In this document: positions 57,269-64,000 of the stretch, piece by piece
Numbering within the stretch: position 1 is the stretch's first letter
Layout: every line of letters starts with the position of its first letter
From: Candidatus Omnitrophota bacterium
Lineage (GTDB): Bacteria > Omnitrophota > Gorgyraeia > Gygaellales > Profunditerraquicolaceae
Direction: 5' to 3'
Length of the DNA: 64,000 nucleotides
NCBI GenBank assembly: GCA_028717245.1
Contig: JAQUOD010000007.1
Span: 16,988 to 80,987 of the forward strand
Notes under the pieces: generated by a model
The model's input: only the letters and a program-made list of their open reading frames with translations
What the model was told of the DNA's origin: nothing
The model's database searches: none
Position numbers and translations under genes: made by a program

Positions 57269-57922
57269 TTATTGTTTCTGACACCATTGCTCGCAAAAAC
57301 CGCCGGTGTAGGTCAATGTGCACGCATTACTGCCGCTGTCAGCCGTGTTTGGTGTTGTATGCTGATGGGTAAATGTGGTTATACAGCCCCCAAAATCAGT
57401 AACTGGAATCCAGCCTGTTGGACACTCTGGAGGAGTACAGGACGATTCACCGGTACAATGATATTGTGTAACATACGCGGCACAAGCCGAACAATTACGC
57501 TGCCACCCACACTTTAAAGAAACCATTGCGCCGCCGCCTCCCTGTGTCACCCAGCCTCCAGCACCATAATAATAGAATGCTCCAGGAGTAGAGTCAGCGG
57601 GATTATTGTCTATATAAACCAACTCACCCTCTTTAGCATTAGATTCCGGGAGTTCACTCTGCGGTTTATAGATTACGCTCCTGGCCACATACAGCTGGCC
57701 ATTCTCCGGCGGCTGGTCATTGGCATCTAAGCTGCCACCGCTATCGTTTGTATCACCCACGGCAAACCTGTTGGTCTGTAGTTGGTTGTAGACACCGTAA
57801 GGCGAAGGGTAATAGGTGGTAATAGTGAAAGTTTCTCCTTCGTCTTCTGGGGCTCCTTGGGCAAGACAAGGCAAACTAAAGAAAACTAAAATGAAACCTA
57901 AGGCTAAACCTTTTTTTAGCAT
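57269..57922 (-). CDS. Secreted Cys-rich protein, paralog B (tandem duplicate)
   Basis: Signal peptide MLKKGLALGFILVFFSLPCLAQG. The N-terminal ~95 aa is nearly identical to the ORF at 58052-58714. The C-terminus is divergent with 10 Cys. Confidence 0.6.
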   Translation of the reverse strand: MLKKGLALGFILVFFSLPCLAQGAPEDEGETFTITTYYPSPYGVYNQLQTNRFAVGDTNDSGGSLDANDQPPENGQLYVARSVIYKPQSELPESNAKEGELVYIDNNPADSTPGAFYYYGAGGWVTQGGGGAMVSLKCGWQRNCSACAAYVTQYHCTGESSCTPPECPTGWIPVTDFGGCITTFTHQHTTPNTADSGSNACTLTYTGGFCEQWCQKQ

Positions 57923-58051
57923 CGGTCACCTCCTGATTATACATTTTACCGGACAGGCCTCTATACACTTACCGCAGGATGTACATTTATTATATTTCTA
58001 TCCCCTATTTCCTTAAAAAATAGAAACGTCCCCTATTTCATATATTAAATG

Positions 58052-58714
58052 CTATTTGCAACAAATCGCCTGGCTGCTGAGATAGTTCCAGCTGCTGGTG
58101 CAATCGCCGAAAGCCCTACTGCACTTTGACGAACACTGCTCTACTCCATCCAGCCTAAGCGACTCAAAAGATTCTAGGCACGATCCACCAGCATAATACG
58201 ATGCGCTGGTGATGGTTACGCTCCAGTTTCCACCCCAGGCAGGCTTATTCCCAAAATCTTGACCAGCACACCCATTCCCGCTTGCGTACGTTACCATGGT
58301 CCATCCCTCTCCCAGCGAGGAACAGGTTGGGTTGTTATCGCTAAAACAAAGACCTTTACATGTCGAATAGGGAATCTCGGCTTCTCCCAATAGTTTCCAA
58401 CCCGAGCTAGTGTAGAAATAAAACTTTTCATCATTACCATAAACCAGTTCGCCTCGTTGAGGGTTGGCAAGCCCATCTTTATTCACAGGGTTGTAGATAA
58501 CACTTCTGGCCACAGCTATCTGTCCCTTCTCCGGCGGCTGGTCAGTATCGCCTACGGCGAACTTATTGGTCTCTAGTTCATTATACGAGCCGTAAGGCGA
58601 AGGGTAATAGGTAGCAATAGTGAAAGTTTCTCCTTCGTCTTCTGGGGCTCCTTGGACAAGACAAGGCAGGATAAACAAAAGTAAAAAACCTAAGATTAAA
58701 CCTTTTTTCAGCAT
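58052..58714 (-). CDS. Secreted Cys-rich protein, paralog A, translationally coupled to rnfB
   Basis: ATG lies 4 nt after the rnfB stop, using an AGGAGGTGA RBS inside rnfB. It has a signal peptide and a C-terminus with 10 Cys and no CxxCH motif. Confidence 0.6.
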   Translation of the reverse strand: MLKKGLILGFLLLFILPCLVQGAPEDEGETFTIATYYPSPYGSYNELETNKFAVGDTDQPPEKGQIAVARSVIYNPVNKDGLANPQRGELVYGNDEKFYFYTSSGWKLLGEAEIPYSTCKGLCFSDNNPTCSSLGEGWTMVTYASGNGCAGQDFGNKPAWGGNWSVTITSASYYAGGSCLESFESLRLDGVEQCSSKCSRAFGDCTSSWNYLSSQAICCK

Positions 58715-58717
58715 CGG

Positions 58718-59503
58718 TCACCTCCTGATAATACATTTTACCGGACAGACCTCTATACACTTACCGCAGGATGTACATTTATTATAGTCTATTATTGCCA
58801 GATTGTCTATGACATGTATAGCGTCAACCGGACAAACCTGTTCGCACTTACGGCAGGCAATACAGCCTACCGGACAGACTAGCCGGGTATCTTTTCCTAA
58901 ATCATGGGAGCTGCAGGCAACATAGACATCATGTGTTACAGGCACAAGGGTGAATAATTTCTTCGGGCAGATGAGCACGCATTTATTACAGGCCTTGCAT
59001 TTATCCTTATCCACTACGGGTAAACCTGTATCAGACATCTTGATGGCGTCAAAAGGGCAAACTCTCACACAACTACCAAATCCTAAACAGCCCCAAACGC
59101 ACTCCTTCTGTCCGCCTAAAACTAAATTAGCAGCCACACAATCTTCTATGCCCGAATACAGGAACCTGTCCTTTACTTTTGTGCCGCCAGCGCAGTGTAA
59201 AACCGCAACTGCCTTTTCTATTTTTTGCAGCTTCCTGCCTAAAGCCTCGGCAATTTGCTTCTTGGTTTCATCGCTGCTGACCCGGCAGGCATCTATTTTC
59301 AGCTTACCGCTGAGCACCGATTCCGCAAAGCCAAAACAACCTGCCCCGCCGCAGGCGCCGCAGTTTGAACCCGGCAGCAAACCATGGATTTTTTCTAAAC
59401 GGGCATCCACATGGACTGCCAGCTTTTTAGAAGCGAGTGCCAAACCCACCCCAAATAAAAGGCCCAAAACACCCAAAGTTAAAATCGGTATCAGAATTTC
59501 CAT
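58718..59503 (-). CDS. rnfB: Rnf electron transport complex subunit B
   Basis: N-terminal TM, a CGACGGAGC...C 'FeS' domain, then several CxxCxxCxxxCP ferredoxin motifs. Confidence 0.85.
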   Translation of the reverse strand: MEILIPILTLGVLGLLFGVGLALASKKLAVHVDARLEKIHGLLPGSNCGACGGAGCFGFAESVLSGKLKIDACRVSSDETKKQIAEALGRKLQKIEKAVAVLHCAGGTKVKDRFLYSGIEDCVAANLVLGGQKECVWGCLGFGSCVRVCPFDAIKMSDTGLPVVDKDKCKACNKCVLICPKKLFTLVPVTHDVYVACSSHDLGKDTRLVCPVGCIACRKCEQVCPVDAIHVIDNLAIIDYNKCTSCGKCIEVCPVKCIIRR

Positions 59504-59622
59504 ATAAAATTTAAATTAAATCACTTGTAACCTACAACATAATTAAGATTTTTTACCCCCTAAAACCTTCCCGCCAAACTACCTTTATACGATAGCGGGA
59601 TCCCGCTTGCTAATTAATTAGC

Positions 59623-60231
59623 TTAGCGGGAAAATCCATTAAACCCCAAGAAACTCAAACTCATAATTGAGGCAATAATAAAAGCAAGCGGAAATTCTTT
59701 TAAGGCCTTTGGGCAATTACAAAAATCCAGCCTCTCCCTTATCCCCGACATTAAAAGCATGGCCAGGGTATAGCCTAACCCCACGCAGATACCCTGGAAT
59801 AAGGAATAGTAAAAACTGCCTGCTATGGCCTTGCCGTTCCTAAAAAACATATCTATATTTAAAACTGCTACGCCCAATACCGCGCAGTTTACCGTAATCA
59901 AAGGCAGGTATATGCCGAAAAACCTGTATAAGGATGGGCTAATCTTCCTAATAGCCATCTCCACCAACTGCACAAAGGTAGCAATGACTAAAATAAAAGA
60001 TATGGTGCGCAGGTATGTAAGTCCAAAGGGGATGAGTAAAAAACGGTAGATAAACCAGGTAATAATAGATGACATGGTGACTACAAACATTACCGCAAGA
60101 CTCATCGCCAGGGCCGGCTTGGTTTCTTTGGAGATAGCGATAAAAGAGCATAATCCCAAAAAGCGGGAGAGTATGACATTATAGACAAAGACCGCGGAGA
60201 TAAATATGCTTAAAAACTGCGCCACATTCAT
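59623..60231 (-). CDS. rnfA: Rnf complex subunit A
   Basis: ~200 aa polytopic membrane protein of the RnfA/E family, sitting in the A position of the C-D-G-E-A-B order. Confidence 0.8.
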   Translation of the reverse strand: MNVAQFLSIFISAVFVYNVILSRFLGLCSFIAISKETKPALAMSLAVMFVVTMSSIITWFIYRFLLIPFGLTYLRTISFILVIATFVQLVEMAIRKISPSLYRFFGIYLPLITVNCAVLGVAVLNIDMFFRNGKAIAGSFYYSLFQGICVGLGYTLAMLLMSGIRERLDFCNCPKALKEFPLAFIIASIMSLSFLGFNGFSR

Positions 60232-60821
60232 ATTTTCTTACTCTTTAAGACATTAAAAAAGCCGAGCAAAAGCCCAATTACCAAAAGCGCGCCCGAGGGC
60301 ATACCCAAAACAAATGCCGGTTCATAACTTTTAATCAGGTTATGCCCCATAATTGTCCCTGCGCCTAAGAACTCCCTTATGCCGGAGATTAAGATTAAAG
60401 CCAGGGTAAAACCAATGCCCATACCCAATCCGTCAAACAGGGAATTTAAGGCCGTCTGCTTCTGGGCATAAGCCTCAGCGCGGCCTAAGACCATACAATT
60501 GACGACGATTAAAGGCACATAAATGCCCAGGGCGCGGTTTAACGCCGGGCTGTACGCCTTCATAGTCAGTTCAGCAATAGTCACGAAGGTGGCAATGACT
60601 ACAATAAAACAGGGAATGCGGATCCTCGCAGGGACAATATTCTTAATCAGAGAAACAATTATGTTAGAACCTACAAGCACAAAAGTAGCGGCAATACCCA
60701 TGCCTAGGCCATTCGTTACTGACGTAGATACTGCCAGGGTAGGACATAAGCCCAAGGCCAAAACAAAAGTGGGGTTCTCTTTAATAATACCTTTTAAGAA
60801 TTCAGCAAATAAATTTTTCAT
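60228..60821 (-). CDS. rnfE: Rnf complex subunit E
   Basis: RnfA/E family paralogue, assigned by its position between rnfG and rnfA. Confidence 0.8.
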   Translation of the reverse strand: MKNLFAEFLKGIIKENPTFVLALGLCPTLAVSTSVTNGLGMGIAATFVLVGSNIIVSLIKNIVPARIRIPCFIVVIATFVTIAELTMKAYSPALNRALGIYVPLIVVNCMVLGRAEAYAQKQTALNSLFDGLGMGIGFTLALILISGIREFLGAGTIMGHNLIKSYEPAFVLGMPSGALLVIGLLLGFFNVLKSKKI

Positions 60822-61810
60822 CTTGTCCCGTAGATACGATTTTTTGTATACCTGTCAATTATAGGTGTAGCAGCGTTCATCATCAATATAGCATAAGAGA
60901 CACCTTCCGGGTAACCGCCCCAGAGCCGGATTACCGCAGTAATTATCCCGCATCCTATGCCAAAGATAATCTGCCCCTTACGCGTCAGAGGCGAGGTAAC
61001 ATAATCCGTAGCCATAAAAAAAGCGCCCAGGATAAGGCCGCCGGATAAAATATGCAATAGCCAATCGCCGCTAAAAAGGCCTTGCGGAGCGAATATATAG
61101 GTAAATAATCCTACGGTAATTATATAAGGTACAGGGATGTGCCAGGAGATATAACCCTTAATCAAAAGAAACGCGGCACCCAATAAAAGCGCCGCTATAC
61201 AGACCTCGCCGATACAGCCGCCTCTTTTGCCTAAAAATAAATCCAGATAGGAGATGTTTTCTAACACCTTGCCTTCTTTTAATAAGGCAAGGGGCGTAGC
61301 TGAAGTGATGGCGTCAAAATTTAAGGGCTTGGTAAACCCCGCTCTTCCTCCAAATATACTGTAACTGTGAAGGAAGGGCGGGGTAAAATTAGTCAGATAT
61401 TTCGGCCAGGAGGCCATCAGGAATACCCTGCCCACCAGCGCAGGATTAAAGATATTCTGCCCCAAGCCGCCGAAAACCTGTTTACCTATAATCACGGCAA
61501 AAAACGAACCAATAACGGGTATCCAGAAAGGAACTTTAGGCGGCAGATTATAGGCAAGCAATAATCCCGTAAGCACTGCGCTGCCGTCTAAAATAGTGAT
61601 TTTTCTTCTGGTGAATACCTCTATCAACCACTCTGCGGCTACTGCCGAAAAAATACCTAAGATAATCACCCGGAGCGCATCTAAACCAAAAATAAAAACA
61701 CCGGCTGCACCAGCGGGTATCAGACTGGCTACTACTAGCCACATAATCTTACTGACTGATTCATCTTTATGCAGGTGCGGGGAAATAGAAACAATAAACT
61801 TATTTTGCAT
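60818..61810 (-). CDS. rnfD: Rnf complex subunit D
   Basis: 330 aa polytopic membrane protein of the NqrB/RnfD family, with the C-terminal SGGL...T FMN-attachment region. Confidence 0.8.
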   Translation of the reverse strand: MQNKFIVSISPHLHKDESVSKIMWLVVASLIPAGAAGVFIFGLDALRVIILGIFSAVAAEWLIEVFTRRKITILDGSAVLTGLLLAYNLPPKVPFWIPVIGSFFAVIIGKQVFGGLGQNIFNPALVGRVFLMASWPKYLTNFTPPFLHSYSIFGGRAGFTKPLNFDAITSATPLALLKEGKVLENISYLDLFLGKRGGCIGEVCIAALLLGAAFLLIKGYISWHIPVPYIITVGLFTYIFAPQGLFSGDWLLHILSGGLILGAFFMATDYVTSPLTRKGQIIFGIGCGIITAVIRLWGGYPEGVSYAILMMNAATPIIDRYTKNRIYGTR

Positions 61811-62354
61811 TTTTTGTTAACTCCTGGATGTCTTTTAATTTTTCCCGGACCGAATCCATTACTGCCTTGGAAGAAATAGTAGCGCCGGTAATCGCCTGGA
61901 CTTCGCTTAATCCTCGGATATCTTTGTTGCTGAACTGGCTGGTAAAGGCAGGCTGGGCCACGCGGCTCCCCAGGCCAGGGGTTTCATTCTGGTTTAATAT
62001 CTTGATATTAGTAATCTTTCCGTCGCTGGTTACCCCTGCCATAGTTTCGATCTGGCTGGAATAGCCTTTAGCGGATGCCTTAAATACTGTGCCGATTATT
62101 TTTTCCTGTTCATCGTAGGCATTATAATAAACAATTGCCTCGCCTGATTTCGCTGCCTCAAAACGAACGGCTTGCGGCATTACTTCCTTAAGGCCTGCCT
62201 CTTCTTCGGCCTGGGCCTGGGCAATAATCCTGGATTTAGTCAGAGAATTCACCGATGCCAAAAGCCCGGCTGCTACCGCGCATATTAACGCCAGGATAAG
62301 ACCGTAACGCAACATCTCTTTCACCCCGCTCTTCCTCCTTATCTCTACCCCCAC
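61800..62354 (-). CDS. rnfG: Rnf complex subunit G (FMN-binding)
   Basis: Single N-terminal TM and a C-terminal TGATISSKAV FMN-binding motif. Confidence 0.8.
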   Translation of the reverse strand: MGVEIRRKSGVKEMLRYGLILALICAVAAGLLASVNSLTKSRIIAQAQAEEEAGLKEVMPQAVRFEAAKSGEAIVYYNAYDEQEKIIGTVFKASAKGYSSQIETMAGVTSDGKITNIKILNQNETPGLGSRVAQPAFTSQFSNKDIRGLSEVQAITGATISSKAVMDSVREKLKDIQELTKNAK

Positions 62355-62373
62355 CCGTCAGGAAGGGCGGGGT

Positions 62374-63645
62374 TCATTTTATCGCCTCTAATTTCGCCCT
62401 TTTTATATGTTGGACTAACCTGATATTTGCCGGGCAGACATAGTTACATAAACCGCATTCAATACAGTCAAGGGCGCCGTAAATCTTAGCCTGCGGCCAA
62501 AGCTCTTTTTGAGAAGCCAAACTTATTAAAGTGGGCATAAGAAATACCGGACATTCCCTGACGCAGGCGCCGCAACGGATACAAAATTCTTCTTCCTGCA
62601 AGGCAGCCTCTTTTTTATTTAATAAGATAACTCCTGTGGTAGATTTTATCACCGGCACATCCAGCGTATATTGGGCGATCCCCATCATCGGTCCGCCCAT
62701 AATTACCTTTACGGGTTCTTCTTTTAAGGGTGTGCAGAAATCAATTAACTCTTTAATAGGCGTGCCGATTTTTGCTAAAAGATTCTTAGGCTTTGAGAGG
62801 CAACTGCCTGTTACCGTAACCACGCGTTCGTATAAAGGCTTATTCTTATAAACTGCCTCATAAATAGCAAAACAGGTGGCAACGTTATGCACGGCCACGC
62901 CGATATCAAAGGGAAGCTTAGCCTGCGGGACTTCTTTATTCAGGATATTTTTTATTAATTGCTTCTCTCCTCCTTGCGGATAAGCTGATTTTAAAACTTT
63001 TACTGCGAACTGTGAACTATGAACTGTGAACTCTTTTATCGCTTCAGGCTTATTATCCTCAATAGCTATATAAACTTTCTCAACCCCCAAACATCTTGCG
63101 ACAAGCCCTACGCCTTGTAAAATCTCTTTAGTCTTCTCTACCATCAAGCGGTAATCGCCGGTCAGGTAAGGCTCGCATTCTGCGCCGTTAATAATTAGGG
63201 TATCTACCGGTTTAGGGGGATTAAGTTTTATATGCGTGGGAAAACTTGCCCCGCCCATACCCACAATACCCGCTTCAAAAACAAGATTACGAATTTGCTC
63301 TGGCGTCAAATTCTCTATTTCGGTTTGTGATTTAGGGATAGCAGGATATGCTTTATCGCTTCGCTCACCATCAATAATTATTGACTTACAGCGGCCTGAA
63401 AACGGATGAGGCCAATCTTGAATTGAGATAACTTTACCCGATATGGACGCATGTATGGGGCTGGACACATTCGCCTGGACCCCGGCAATCTTCTGGCCGG
63501 CCAAAACAGTATCGCCTATTTTTACTTCAGGGCTGCAGATCCTACCTATATGCTGGCTTAAAGGGATATAGGCCCTGCCGGGTGAGGGCATCTTCTCTAT
63601 GGCCTTATTTTCCGTTTCTAGCTTATACTCTTCTAATCTAACCAT
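62374..63645 (-). CDS. rnfC: Rnf complex subunit C
   Basis: Two 4Fe-4S motifs (CIRCGACVRECP and CIECGLCNYVCP) and a GGASFPTH NADH/FMN region. It contains an in-frame GAACTGT-type repeat. Confidence 0.85.
   Translation of the reverse strand: MVRLEEYKLETENKAIEKMPSPGRAYIPLSQHIGRICSPEVKIGDTVLAGQKIAGVQANVSSPIHASISGKVISIQDWPHPFSGRCKSIIIDGERSDKAYPAIPKSQTEIENLTPEQIRNLVFEAGIVGMGGASFPTHIKLNPPKPVDTLIINGAECEPYLTGDYRLMVEKTKEILQGVGLVARCLGVEKVYIAIEDNKPEAIKEFTVHSSQFAVKVLKSAYPQGGEKQLIKNILNKEVPQAKLPFDIGVAVHNVATCFAIYEAVYKNKPLYERVVTVTGSCLSKPKNLLAKIGTPIKELIDFCTPLKEEPVKVIMGGPMMGIAQYTLDVPVIKSTTGVILLNKKEAALQEEEFCIRCGACVRECPVFLMPTLISLASQKELWPQAKIYGALDCIECGLCNYVCPANIRLVQHIKRAKLEAIK
63007..63033. repeat. In-frame heptanucleotide repeat GAACTGT/GAACTAT x4 inside rnfC
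   Basis: Encodes EFTVHSSQFAV. Confidence 0.75.
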
Positions 63646-64000
63646 GGAATTTTACGGTGATAGATAAAATTTATGACGCCTAAAAAGCTGAATATTATCC
63701 CCACAATAACCAAAATCAGGACGTGAGAAAACTTATCCGCCAGCACGCTGCTGATAAACATAAATAACAAAAACCCCAAATGCATGATAATCTCCATGGA
63801 ACTAAAAATCTTCCCCCTCATTTCGCTATCGCTTGCATTATGGATAATGGTATTGGAGGCAATCATAATGGGCGAGACCAGAAGCCCTAATAAAAATGAA
63901 AGTGCTGCGGCAATAAAAAAATCAGGATAACGCTCTATAACCAGGGCAAAAATAACGAGCATTATACCGCTTAAGACAAGAGATAAAAATATTATTTTAT
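63633..64000 (-). CDS. Polytopic membrane protein (transporter-like), 5' end beyond window
   Basis: The ORF stays open in frame to the window edge, and the visible part contains only TM helices. Confidence 0.4.
   Translation of the reverse strand, partial: KIIFLSLVLSGIMLVIFALVIERYPDFFIAAALSFLLGLLVSPIMIASNTIIHNASDSEMRGKIFSSMEIIMHLGFLLFMFISSVLADKFSHVLILVIVGIIFSFLGVINFIYHRKIPWLD

Overview
This 64 kb window is coded almost entirely on the minus strand, at roughly 45-48% GC, and looks like an anaerobic bacterium with Firmicutes-like gene order (glyA-rpiB-ywlE/tsaC, rnfCDGEAB). It falls into three blocks.

(1) 1 to ~23.5 kb is a phage-like mobile element. It carries a lambda-type head and packaging module: a prohead protease/scaffold (partial, runs off the window start), a portal, a gpW-like joining protein, Zn-ribbon/HNH endonuclease genes, a GpA-like large terminase and a Nu1-like small terminase. 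It then carries a ParB-N/DNA methyltransferase fusion, a string of small early ORFs, a Gp37/Gp68 (DUF5131) protein and a RusA resolvase. Next comes a cargo cluster: ACP, glycosyltransferases, an SGNH hydrolase, a radical SAM enzyme and two SAM methyltransferases (one fused to a kinase-like domain), plus a DUF115-like protein. After that there is an unusual tRNA (CAT anticodon), a ParB-like protein, a replication-initiator-like gene that contains iteron repeats (a probable ori), a cell-wall amidase and an SF2 helicase.

(2) ~24.2 to 32.7 kb is a single tightly packed minus-strand operon. It combines arsenic detoxification genes with an unusual thiol-disulfide and Fe-S redox module. The arsenic genes are an ACR3 fused to two Usp domains, ArsM, an ArsP-like DUF318 permease and thioredoxin-like 'redox-active disulfide protein 2'. 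The redox genes are a CcdA/DsbD-like membrane protein, a membrane-anchored CxxC thioredoxin-fold protein, a 2x[4Fe-4S] ferredoxin, a small Cys-rich protein and an orphan protein with an RnfB/AcsC-type Fe-S domain. A DUF134 regulator sits at the operon start behind a perfect 20 bp palindrome.

(3) ~32.8 to 64 kb is core genome: a Macro-Nudix fusion, VanZ, cca, a DUF151 nuclease, nrdR, dCMP deaminase, glyA, rpiB, a TsaC-LMWPTP fusion, and a purine operon (purE, purD, purM, purF, purQ, a LOG-family gene, a purS-purL fusion, purB, with purN further on). Inside that operon sits an unrelated secreted Zn-ribbon protein. The block also holds an orphan 3' half of a tRNA-fMet next to a PD-(D/E)xK-like ORF, ftsB-eno, ftsH, a metzincin, and rnfCDGEAB. 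The rnf operon is extended by a translationally coupled Cys-rich secreted protein that has been tandemly duplicated together with the 3' end of rnfB.

Several housekeeping genes (purM, purQ, purL, rnfC) carry in-frame tandem microsatellites of 7 or 14 nt. No CRISPR array, rRNA or reverse transcriptase was seen. All calls come from reading the sequence and ORF translations; nothing was searched against a database.
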